Made by a program: the position numbers and the translations under genes
In this document: piece by piece, positions 55,891 through 64,000 of the stretch
How positions within the stretch are numbered: position 1 is the stretch's first letter
How the letters are laid out: each line of letters opens with the position of its first letter
Notes under the pieces: model-generated
Database searches by the model: none
Told to the model about the DNA's origin: nothing
What the model saw: only the letters and a program-made list of their open reading frames with translations
Assembly: GCA_019636095.1 (NCBI GenBank)
Contig: JAHBYF010000008.1
Span: forward strand, 41,886-105,885
Direction of reading: 5' to 3'
DNA: 64,000 nt
Source of the DNA: Hyphomonadaceae bacterium
GTDB lineage: Bacteria; Pseudomonadota; Alphaproteobacteria; Caulobacterales; Aquidulcibacteraceae

Positions 55891-56891
55891 AACTTGCCTC
55901 CCTGCGTCACGGCCGTGACGGTCGCCTCGTGGTCGTTTCTGACGACCTTGCCTGGTGCGCCTACGAACCAGGCGTATCGACAATGCAAGCCGCGCTGGAT
56001 GACTGGACGCACGCCGAGCCAAAGCTCCGCGCTCTCAGCAAAGGCGTCAACGCAGGCACGGTGTTGCGTGAGCGCTTTCACGAACGCGAAGCAGCATCGC
56101 CATTGCCGCGAGCGTTTCAGTGGGCGGATGGCTCGGCCTATGTGAACCACGTCGCGCTCGTGCGACAGGCGCGCGGTGCAAAGATGCCCGAGAGCTTCTG
56201 GACTGATCCGCTCATGTATCAGGGCGGTAGCGACGCTTTTCTCGGCCCGCGTGATCCCATCCCGCTCAAGGACGAGGCCTGGGGCTGCGATTTTGAAGCG
56301 GAAGTGGCGGTTGTAGTCGATGATTGTGAAGCGGGGATCGGCGCGGACGAAGCGCGTAAACGCATTCGCCTCGTCATGTTAGTCAATGATGTAAGCCTGC
56401 GGAATCTCATTCCTGCTGAGTTGGAGAAGGGGTTCGGCTTCTTCCAATCCAAGCCGTCGTCGGCGTTTTCGCCGGTTGCTGTGACGCCTGACGCGCTTGG
56501 CAGCGCTTGGAAGGACGGCAAGCTGAATTTGCCGATGCATGTCAGTTTGAACGGAAAATTCTTTGGCGCCGCCAACGCGGGCGAGGATATGACCTTCGAC
56601 TTCGGCCAACTTATTGCGCACGCGGCTAAGACGCGTGAGCTTGCTGCAGGGACGATTGTCGGCTCTGGCACTGTCTCCAATCGTGGCGCCGACGGTGGCC
56701 CGGGCAAGCCGATCAACGAAGGTGGCCTGGGTTATTCCTGCATCGCCGAACAGCGTATGATCGAGACGATCCAGTCCGGCAAGCCGTCAACGCCGTTCCT
56801 CAAGCACGGCGACCGCGTCGAGATTGAGATGTTCGACGCAAAGAAGCACTCGATCTTCGGGCGGATCGATCAACAGGTGGTCAAGGCGTAG
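55887..56891 (+). CDS. Fumarylacetoacetate hydrolase (FAH) family protein
   Basis: 334 aa; the ATG overlaps the maiA stop. WGCDFEAEVAVVV...MLVNDVSLRNL...GTIVGSGTVSN are FAH-fold motifs. Confidence 0.8.
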   Translation: MKLASLRHGRDGRLVVVSDDLAWCAYEPGVSTMQAALDDWTHAEPKLRALSKGVNAGTVLRERFHEREAASPLPRAFQWADGSAYVNHVALVRQARGAKMPESFWTDPLMYQGGSDAFLGPRDPIPLKDEAWGCDFEAEVAVVVDDCEAGIGADEARKRIRLVMLVNDVSLRNLIPAELEKGFGFFQSKPSSAFSPVAVTPDALGSAWKDGKLNLPMHVSLNGKFFGAANAGEDMTFDFGQLIAHAAKTRELAAGTIVGSGTVSNRGADGGPGKPINEGGLGYSCIAEQRMIETIQSGKPSTPFLKHGDRVEIEMFDAKKHSIFGRIDQQVVKA

Positions 56892-58353
56892 TGGCCAGGA
56901 ATGCCTCCGGAAAATCGCGGCGTATGCGCTCCATCTGCGTGCGCCGCGCAATCAGTGATTGATTGCCCGAAAGCGCGCTCGGCATCGGTAGTGAGTACGC
57001 CACGTCATAGAACATGAACGCGCTCGACCATTCGTAATTGGCGCCGTAGCGATCGCCGACGTCGGTCCAATAAGCCGGGTTGTAAGGATAGGCGAGCAGC
57101 GCGCGGTTTTGCAACGCTGCGATATCGAGTGGCAAATGCGCTGCGGTCGCTTGCGCGCGTTCGGCGTCGTTGAAACGCAAAGCGGCGAGTGCGAACGCTG
57201 CGCCAAGCGCCGGATGATCGCGCAGAGGCGAAGATTGAGCGCGTGTCATCGCCGCGATGGCAGCGGCGTTGTTGTGGCTCTGCTCCGCCATGCCAACTTC
57301 CAGAATCGCCATCGGCGCTGGATCGCGGATGGAGCGCAGTCTCTGGGCAATCTCACATATCGCGTATCGCGGACCGCTATTGCACTGAAGCTCGGGAAAC
57401 ATGTTGAACGATGGCGCCATCAGCATGGCTGCTGCTGCTTCGCCTTCGCGACGCGAGATATCTCGCAGGTGCGCGTCCCAGCTCTGCAGCGTCGGCGCGC
57501 CGCCCTGCGCACGCCCTGCGACCGCGTCAACGCCGATCTGCCCTGTGCCAGGCACGAGCTGATTGAGCGCGTCGGCGCTTACGTTGCGAAGATTTTCGAC
57601 CAGCGGATAGGGCGTCGATACGTTTTCGATGGCGATCAACCGCCACGCGCGTTGCGCGGGTTGCGCAGCGCCGGAGCGAAACGAAGTGCTGAGTTGCGCC
57701 GGGGCGTGGTCGGTCTCGCGCACGCGGTGATGCAAAGCGGGGTGCGTTCCCATCTCTGCGTACATCGCTGGCCAAAATGCACGCGGCGGCGCAGCGCCTT
57801 CGCCCATCGTGAAGCCGCCCATCTCGCGATCGTCGCATGTAAACGTGAACACGCCGCGCTGTTCGCGGAAGGACGTCGCGCCAGCCCGCGCGCCTGGGAC
57901 GACAACCGAGAGTTCGGTCTCCGCGTCGCAGGCATCAGGGAGTTGGTTGGCCTGCACCCCGGCGCTCTGCGCGATCTGCGTAAGGTACGCGCGGTTCTGC
58001 CGCTCCATGATTCTGAACGTCAGGTTGCCCATCGCGTTCTGACCTCGGAAGCTATCGGCGTCGATCGTGAATACGCGATTGAGCTGGAAGTCATAAAGCG
58101 TGGTGCGATCACCCTCGCGCACGAGCGCCCAATCATCAGCAACGTCGAATGTGATTTCGCCGACTACGGGCTGGCCGCCGTGTTCCGTGATGGTTGCTTC
58201 GTAACGCACGCGATAGCGTGCTTCGTCGAGCGCGCCGCGCGCGCTGCGATAGGTTGCGGCATCGGAGAATGGATTGCCAAAGAACGCCTGTGCAGCCGCG
58301 GGCAACGGCGTCAGCGCAAACAACATGGCCGCGAAAAGCGCATTGAACTTCAT
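56881..58353 (-). CDS. Exported hypothetical protein (490 aa)
   Basis: Signal peptide MKFNALFAAMLFALTPLPAAAQA. The opposite-strand ORF 57109-58380 is Arg-rich shadow. Confidence 0.6.
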   Translation of the reverse strand: MKFNALFAAMLFALTPLPAAAQAFFGNPFSDAATYRSARGALDEARYRVRYEATITEHGGQPVVGEITFDVADDWALVREGDRTTLYDFQLNRVFTIDADSFRGQNAMGNLTFRIMERQNRAYLTQIAQSAGVQANQLPDACDAETELSVVVPGARAGATSFREQRGVFTFTCDDREMGGFTMGEGAAPPRAFWPAMYAEMGTHPALHHRVRETDHAPAQLSTSFRSGAAQPAQRAWRLIAIENVSTPYPLVENLRNVSADALNQLVPGTGQIGVDAVAGRAQGGAPTLQSWDAHLRDISRREGEAAAAMLMAPSFNMFPELQCNSGPRYAICEIAQRLRSIRDPAPMAILEVGMAEQSHNNAAAIAAMTRAQSSPLRDHPALGAAFALAALRFNDAERAQATAAHLPLDIAALQNRALLAYPYNPAYWTDVGDRYGANYEWSSAFMFYDVAYSLPMPSALSGNQSLIARRTQMERIRRDFPEAFLATTP

Positions 58354-58411
58354 CTGCCTCTCCCTAATCGGGGAGACTAGTCGCGATTACCGTCTGCGCC
58401 AAGGCGCAGTG

Positions 58412-59947
58412 TCAGGCGCTCGCCTTCGCATAAGAGTCACGCAACTCACGCTTCAAAATCTTGCCGATATGGCTGCGCGGGAGTTCGTCGATGAGGCGGA
58501 CATCGCTGATCCGCTGTGTTTTTCCGACGCGTTCGTTTGCGAATGCGCGCAGCGTTTCTGCATCTGCGCCGCGCGAGACGATGAACGCGACCGGCGTCTC
58601 GCCCCAATCTGCGCTCGGCACACCGACGACCGCGACATCCACCACATCGGGGTGTTGGCGCAGAACCGCTTCGAGGTCGCTCGGGTAGATGTTGAAACCG
58701 CCGGAGATGATCATGTCCTTCTTGCGGTCCATGAGCTCGACGAAGCCATCGGCATCGAAGCGCCCCACATCGCCGGTACGAATAAACGCTAGACCTTCGG
58801 GTGAAATCCAAGTCGCGGCGTCGGTCTGCTCTTTGCGGTTGTGATAACCGCTCATCACAAGCTCGGAGCGACCCACCAACTCGCCTATCTCGCCGCGCAG
58901 CAGCTCGCGGCCATCTTCATCGATGACGCGGATGTCGTGCCCAGGCGCGGGCTGGCCAACGGTGTGCAGCTTGTCCGGATAGACGTGCGCGATCAGCACG
59001 CACGTGCCGCCGCCTTCGGTCATGCCGAAATATTCGACGAGGCCACCAGGCCAACGCTTCAGCACATCTGCTTTCAGCGCGGCGGAGAAGGGCGCCGACG
59101 TGCAGAACTTCATCACGAAGCTGGAGAGATCGTAAGAGTCGAAATCTTCGCGCGCCATTAGGCGTGAGTACTGCACGGGCACGAGCATCGTGTGCGTTAC
59201 GCGATGCTTCTGCGCCAGCTGAAGATACTGCGCAGCGTCGAACTTCTTCATCAGCACAGCGGTGCCGCCGAGGCCCATGGTTGGAAAGAAGCTCACCAGA
59301 GTTGTGTTGGAATAGAGCGGCGTCGACAGCAGCGTCACCGCACCTGGTCCATAACCCATCGCCACCGCACGCGCGACGTGCCCAAAGCGCATGCCGAAGC
59401 TCTGGACAATGCCCTTCGGCGTTCCCGTCGTGCCGGACGAATAGATGATGTTGAACGGCATATCCTCGGTGATCGCCACCGGCGCTGGCTTCGTGCCCGC
59501 GGGCGCGATGAACTGATCGTGCGGCGCGCCGGGCGCGCCCTCGTCCAAGCCGACGAGCTTTGCTTTCACCCGGCCTAGTTTGTCTCCGAGTTCGGCCGCG
59601 ACCGCGCGATCAACAAAGAAAACTTTCGCGCCACAGTCGGCGATCATTTCGACGATACTATCCGCGGTCGAAGAGGGCGCGATCGGTGCGACCGCGACGC
59701 CAGCCCGCAGCGCGCCAAGAAACGCGGATACATATTCGATCGACGTTCCCGCGCAGATCGCAACGCTCTCGCGCGGCTTCACGCCCTCGCGCTGTAGCGC
59801 CGCCGCGACGCGATCCATCACCTTGTCGAGATCGTTATAAGAGAGTTGACGCTCGTCTTGTACGAGCGCGATCTTGTCCGGCGAGGTTGCGGCGAATGTG
59901 CGGATCATGTCCGGCAGCGGCGTGAACGTTTCGGTGCTCAGGCTCAA
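58412..59947 (-). CDS. AMP-dependent acyl-CoA synthetase/ligase
   Basis: IIYSSGTTGTPKGIV (AMP-binding motif), GMTEGGG, GDVGRFDADGFVELMDRKKDMIISGGFNIYP. Confidence 0.85.
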   Translation of the reverse strand: MSLSTETFTPLPDMIRTFAATSPDKIALVQDERQLSYNDLDKVMDRVAAALQREGVKPRESVAICAGTSIEYVSAFLGALRAGVAVAPIAPSSTADSIVEMIADCGAKVFFVDRAVAAELGDKLGRVKAKLVGLDEGAPGAPHDQFIAPAGTKPAPVAITEDMPFNIIYSSGTTGTPKGIVQSFGMRFGHVARAVAMGYGPGAVTLLSTPLYSNTTLVSFFPTMGLGGTAVLMKKFDAAQYLQLAQKHRVTHTMLVPVQYSRLMAREDFDSYDLSSFVMKFCTSAPFSAALKADVLKRWPGGLVEYFGMTEGGGTCVLIAHVYPDKLHTVGQPAPGHDIRVIDEDGRELLRGEIGELVGRSELVMSGYHNRKEQTDAATWISPEGLAFIRTGDVGRFDADGFVELMDRKKDMIISGGFNIYPSDLEAVLRQHPDVVDVAVVGVPSADWGETPVAFIVSRGADAETLRAFANERVGKTQRISDVRLIDELPRSHIGKILKRELRDSYAKASA

Positions 59948-60294
59948 ATCTCCCGTCGCGGCGCGGCCGTTTCTGGATCGCCCGTGTTCGGCGTGCCCCT
60001 CGGCTCGATCAGCAGCACGTGCGTCTCTTCTTCAGCAAACGGCGCGTGCTCGACGCCTTGCGGCACAACAAAAACTTCGCCCGGCCCAACGCGAACATCG
60101 CCTTCACGCAGCCGCATAATCATCTCGCCTTTGAGAACAAGGAAGAAGTCATCGGTGTCCGCGTGCGAGTGCCAAGGAAATTGACCTTGGAATTTCACCA
60201 CCATCAGGTCATGCCCGTTGAACGCGCCCACGACGCGCGGCTGCCAATGGCCTTCGAATTGTGAGAGCTTGTCGGCGAGGTTGATCTTGCTCAT
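59944..60294 (-). CDS. Cupin-domain protein
   Basis: From ATG 60294 (overlaps the upstream stop). PWHSHADTDDFFLVLKGEMIMRL...VVPQGVEHAP are the cupin motifs. Confidence 0.75.
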   Translation of the reverse strand: MSKINLADKLSQFEGHWQPRVVGAFNGHDLMVVKFQGQFPWHSHADTDDFFLVLKGEMIMRLREGDVRVGPGEVFVVPQGVEHAPFAEEETHVLLIEPRGTPNTGDPETAAPRREI

Positions 60295-60944
60295 GCGTGA
60301 GCGAAGATATCCGTCTCTTCCCAGCCTGCAAGGTCCAGCGCCGCCCGCGTCGGCAGGAAGTCGAAGCACGATTGTGCAATCTCGGTGCGACCCTCACGCG
60401 CCAGCATGGCATCGAGACGCTCCTTCAGCGCATGCAGGTGCAGCACATCCGAGGCAGCGTAAGCGAGCTGCGCGTCCGAAAGCTCCGGCGCGCCCCAATC
60501 GCTCGATTGTTGATCCTTGGAAATGTCACGGCCGAGCACTTCCTTGGTAAGATCTTTGAGGCCGTGACGATCCGTGTAGGTGCGCACCAGCTTCGAGGCG
60601 ATCTTGGTGCAATAGAGCGGCGTCGTGATGATTGAGAGGTCGCGCATGAACATGGCGATGTCGAAGCGCGCGAAGTGGAAGAGTTTAAGGCGCTGCGGAT
60701 CGGTCAGCACCCGCTTCAGGTTCGGCGCGTCGTAGGTCGCGCGATCAAGTTGGACGAGGTGCGCTTCTGAGCCGCCATCCGAAATCTGCACGAGGCATAG
60801 TGGATCGCGGATGAGCGAGAGGCCCATCGTCTCGCTATCGACCGCAACCGGGCCATTGAAGCTGACGCTATCGGGCAGATCGCCCTTGTGCAGATAGACC
60901 GCGACGTTCTTGCCATCGACGGTCAGAGAGAGTTTCCGTGTCAT
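60291..60944 (-). CDS. RNase D-like 3'-5' exonuclease (short form)
   Basis: VAVDSETMGL (ExoI), ...LFHFARFDIAM (ExoII), ...YAASDVLHLHAL (ExoIII, DEDDy). Confidence 0.8.
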   Translation of the reverse strand: MTRKLSLTVDGKNVAVYLHKGDLPDSVSFNGPVAVDSETMGLSLIRDPLCLVQISDGGSEAHLVQLDRATYDAPNLKRVLTDPQRLKLFHFARFDIAMFMRDLSIITTPLYCTKIASKLVRTYTDRHGLKDLTKEVLGRDISKDQQSSDWGAPELSDAQLAYAASDVLHLHALKERLDAMLAREGRTEIAQSCFDFLPTRAALDLAGWEETDIFAHA

Positions 60945-60989
60945 GGAGCGCGGACTTAGTGCAATTCCGTTGGCGGCGCCAGTGCGGCG

Positions 60990-62966
60990 CTACCGCCGCA
61001 GCACAAGTCCAACGCGAAGGCTGCGAGGCGGACCGAAGCTTTCGATCCCGTTGCCGCTCTCGGCTGTCTCGATCGCGGTATCCAGCGCGTTGTCCAAAGC
61101 CGCATAGACTGAGACACCTGCCCGCAGGCGCTGCTCGGCGCGCAAATCCAGCACCGCCGCCGCACCGAGCTCACGTGAGTTGAGATCATCCTCGAACCGG
61201 TCGCTCTCATAGACTAATGCCGCCGAGAGGGTGGTTGCGTCGAGCGCCCGCCAATCGGCGCCGGCGCTGACGCTCCAGACCGGTGATTGAGCCGGGCGAA
61301 AACCGACAAGCGGTCCTCCATCGAATTCGGCATGGGTGTAGTTCAGCGCCGCGCGCCAACTAACGCGTGCGTTCCAATCACCGTGAGCTTCCGCTTCGAG
61401 GCCAGCCGCTTCAATCGCGCCGGCATTCTGCCGCTGCCGGTAGGCGCCGCCAGTAGGTACGAACACGCCGGGGGGAAACGTACCGGGACCTGCGCCAAGC
61501 GTTACATTGACGATCGCGTCTTCCAGCCGCGTTAGAAATACGCCGGCGTCCCAGGACCAGGTCGTGTAGTCGCCGCCGGCGCCGAGATCGGCGCCTATGA
61601 GTCGCTCCGGCGCCAATGCAGCGTTTGCCTCGGTAACGTCATTGCCAACACGGAAGGGGCGGTGGAGTTCGTTCAGTGTCGGTGGCCGGAAGCCCGCATA
61701 GGCTGCGCTGCGCAGGTAAAGTTCACCGAAGCCGCGGCGTAGGCCGAGTCGCGCCGTCGGCGCGATTGTCTCGGTATCCGCTGGCGCGACCTCCAATATC
61801 GGCGCGCCAGTCGCCATCAAGCGCTCAATGCGGTGGCCATCCCACGCGCGATACTGATCCACACGCGCGCCGCCAGTGAAGAGCCAATCACCAAACTCGC
61901 GCCAGCCTTCTGCATACGCGCCGGCTGTCAGTGTCCGCCCGCCTGCGACGCGGTTGCGCATGAACTGGCCGCCACTGAACGCGAACCGCTCCCGCGTCTC
62001 ACCATCAGCGGTACGCAGATCGGCGCCGACTTCAAGGCCGTGGTCTTCGCCCGTCCATCGCAGGGCGGCGTTGCCACCCCAGCCGAACGCCGGTGTAGCG
62101 TATTGTTCGTTGGCTGGCGTTGTCGCGCTCCGATCCGGCGCCGTCGCGACCGATGTGTTGAGGAGGTCGGACGCCATCGCCCATGCCTGCACGCGCCACG
62201 CAACGTCGCCGGACGGCGCCGCGAGCGTGAGGCTCAGGCTCGATCCGTTTGAGCGCGATTCAGCGCCGACCAGTCCTGCGCCGCGGCTCTCAGAATAGCC
62301 GCCAAGCCGTGCCGAAAGCACATGCTCGCCGGCGCGCCATTCAAGTCGGCTGACGCCAGCGGCAGAATTGGACCAAATCTCGGTATCCGCTGCGCCGCGT
62401 CCGGCGCGCACCGGGATCCAGCCATCGTCCTGTTGCGCGTTCGCTGCCAGCATGAAGGACCAAGCGTCGTCGCGGGCTTCGCCGATCCCGGCGGCGCGAA
62501 CCTGTCCGCGTTCGCCGCCTTCGAGCGAAAGCACTGCGCCTTGCCCACGCCGTTCATCCAGCTGCACTGTTCCCGTCAGCGCGCCTGCGCCATACGGACC
62601 CGCGCCAGCGCCGCGCAGCACCGTCGCGCTCGCCACCGTCTCCGGCGGAACAGCCCCCCAAATAACCCAGCCGCCAAACGGATCGTTCAGTGGCTGGCCG
62701 TCCAGTGTCACCAACGCCCGCCCTGCGCCGGAGGGCGCCGAGGCGCGAATAGAGAGGCCTTGAATTGTTGGATTGGCGGCGGCGCTATCGTTTCGGCGAA
62801 ACGTCGAAACACCCGGCGCTGAACGCAGCGCTTCGTCGAGCCGCGTCGCCGTCTCGATCGCCGCCGGGTCGATCTCGTAAGCGGAGTAGGCGCCTTCACC
62901 CGCGGCCTCGGGCAAGCGCGGCGCGACGATGACAATGTCTTCGTTCGCAACCGCTTGCTCTGTCAC
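60990..62966 (-). CDS. TonB-dependent receptor lacking a recognisable signal peptide
   Basis: The plug starts immediately (EDIVIVAPRL...TLDGQPLNDPFGGWVIWG...VLRGAGAGPYGAGALTG), followed by a long beta-barrel region. GTG start at 62966 after GGGGAG. Confidence 0.8.
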   Translation of the reverse strand: MTEQAVANEDIVIVAPRLPEAAGEGAYSAYEIDPAAIETATRLDEALRSAPGVSTFRRNDSAAANPTIQGLSIRASAPSGAGRALVTLDGQPLNDPFGGWVIWGAVPPETVASATVLRGAGAGPYGAGALTGTVQLDERRGQGAVLSLEGGERGQVRAAGIGEARDDAWSFMLAANAQQDDGWIPVRAGRGAADTEIWSNSAAGVSRLEWRAGEHVLSARLGGYSESRGAGLVGAESRSNGSSLSLTLAAPSGDVAWRVQAWAMASDLLNTSVATAPDRSATTPANEQYATPAFGWGGNAALRWTGEDHGLEVGADLRTADGETRERFAFSGGQFMRNRVAGGRTLTAGAYAEGWREFGDWLFTGGARVDQYRAWDGHRIERLMATGAPILEVAPADTETIAPTARLGLRRGFGELYLRSAAYAGFRPPTLNELHRPFRVGNDVTEANAALAPERLIGADLGAGGDYTTWSWDAGVFLTRLEDAIVNVTLGAGPGTFPPGVFVPTGGAYRQRQNAGAIEAAGLEAEAHGDWNARVSWRAALNYTHAEFDGGPLVGFRPAQSPVWSVSAGADWRALDATTLSAALVYESDRFEDDLNSRELGAAAVLDLRAEQRLRAGVSVYAALDNALDTAIETAESGNGIESFGPPRSLRVGLVLRR

Positions 62967-62975
62967 GCGCTCCCC

Positions 62976-64000
62976 CTAAGGCTGCGGGCCGTCCAGGGCT
63001 TCATAGGTCACAATGGTAAACCGGTTGCGCTCACTCTCGCGCATCCGCTGCGCAATGACCTCGTGGAGGTCTGGCCGCCACGTTGTCCAGCGCGTGACAA
63101 ATGCGTTCGCGGCGTCACGATCACCGGCGCGCTGAATCGCCAGAACCTCGCGAAGCAAGCTCGTGACTGCTTCGGGATAACGCCGATAATCGATTCGCAG
63201 GCGCCCGTTTTCTAAGCGCAGAGTACCGTGCTCCAGATACCAGTTCCATTGAATGAGCTGCATCGTCTGGTACGGCTGCTCCCGACGTGGCCGGTTTTTT
63301 TGCAAAACGCGGCGAATACCGGAGGCATAGATCCCTCGAAGCTGCGCTTCTGTAAGGCGCCCGCGCTGTTGAAGGATGCGCGCCGAGGTTAGCGACACGA
63401 GGTCAGCCTTCATCTCTTCCAGCAGGTCTGCGGTGTCCTCCAATGCTGAATCGAGGTCGCGTCCGTCAGCGGTTTGGTCGACGCCGAGATAGTGACCAAT
63501 TTCATGCCATAGCGTGCGATAGAAACCGCCCTCGGCCGTCAGATCATTCGCCTGGCTCTGGACGACGGCCGCCGCAAACGCGCGCTGCGTCTCCGCAAAC
63601 AGCTCCTCATTCAAAAGAATGCTGCCGCGCATCAAGATCGTCCGGCCGTATTGGCGCGCGAGATACGCCTCGTTTGGCAGGATCGATGCCGTATTCGTCC
63701 CGCGCGCCTGACCAAAATCGGCGATAATGTTGTAAACCCCAACCGGAATGTTCGTCCGCACTTCGCGGTGGTGATCGTAGGGTAGCGCGTTTTCGACGCG
63801 CTGGATGTCTCCCAGTGCTTCTTGCAACTCTTCGCTCCGCGCGCGGTCTCGCACCAATAGCGAAAGTGAGAAGAATGTCTTCACGCCGTAGAGCGCGTCA
63901 TCGTAAGTCTCATACGAACCAATCTGCGCGTTCAAATTGCCGGTGAAATTGCCTGTCACCCAGGCGGCGTCGCCGCCTTCATAATCGTCGGCCAGCAAAT
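62976..64000 (-). CDS. DPP3/M49-like zinc metallopeptidase (N-terminus beyond the window)
   Basis: WHEIGHYLGV (HExxH) and LLEEMKADL (EExxA[DE] second metal-ligand motif, as in M49). The frame is open to the right edge. Confidence 0.6.
   Translation of the reverse strand, partial: LLADDYEGGDAAWVTGNFTGNLNAQIGSYETYDDALYGVKTFFSLSLLVRDRARSEELQEALGDIQRVENALPYDHHREVRTNIPVGVYNIIADFGQARGTNTASILPNEAYLARQYGRTILMRGSILLNEELFAETQRAFAAAVVQSQANDLTAEGGFYRTLWHEIGHYLGVDQTADGRDLDSALEDTADLLEEMKADLVSLTSARILQQRGRLTEAQLRGIYASGIRRVLQKNRPRREQPYQTMQLIQWNWYLEHGTLRLENGRLRIDYRRYPEAVTSLLREVLAIQRAGDRDAANAFVTRWTTWRPDLHEVIAQRMRESERNRFTIVTYEALDGPQP

Noticed and set aside
1-64000. CRISPR arrays, retron or reverse-transcriptase loci, prophage
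   Set aside because: There are no short direct repeats with regular spacers, no cas genes, no RT motif (YxDD) and no capsid/terminase/tail genes. The DUF3380 muramidase stands alone with a signal peptide.

Overview
High-GC, alphaproteobacterium-like chromosomal segment in three parts. (1) Left core block, 1-15.3 kb: divergent flagellar hook operons (flgE-flgD-fliK on the minus strand, flgK-flgL on the plus strand) with sigma-54 type promoters and FlbD/ftr-like palindromes. It also holds a translationally coupled mnmA-to-DUF2332 gene string, a DUF3754-like membrane protein, a C13 peptidase and an Lrp/AsnC regulator. (2) tRNA-Met(CAU) at 15287-15363, followed by a ~37.5 kb accessory mosaic (15.4-52.95 kb). 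This mosaic contains recombinase, IS110 and MFS debris, several pseudogenes, many exported proteins of unknown function, two TolB_N-TPR signalling proteins, a cbpA-cbpM pair, lectin-like and Cys-rich proteins, and two membrane-anchored TIR-domain proteins. One TIR gene sits beside an amidoligase; the other sits behind a 1444-aa helical-repeat exported protein and opposite a DUF3380 muramidase. (3) Right core block, 53.2-64 kb: SLC13 permease, maiA plus an FAH-family gene, acyl-CoA synthetase, cupin, RNase D-like exonuclease, a TonB-dependent receptor and an M49-like peptidase. The main signal not explained by genes is a ~100-bp repeat family (called R here). It recurs in most intergenic gaps of the accessory region, always in the same orientation, and splits the region into 1-3 gene modules. 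Similarity ends at a TGGCCCATT-like motif, and that motif also marks the point where a beta-CASP gene is truncated. I read this as a cassette-like, site-specific accretion system that lacks canonical integron features; that reading is inference. All alignments were done by eye and by hand count, with no database searches.
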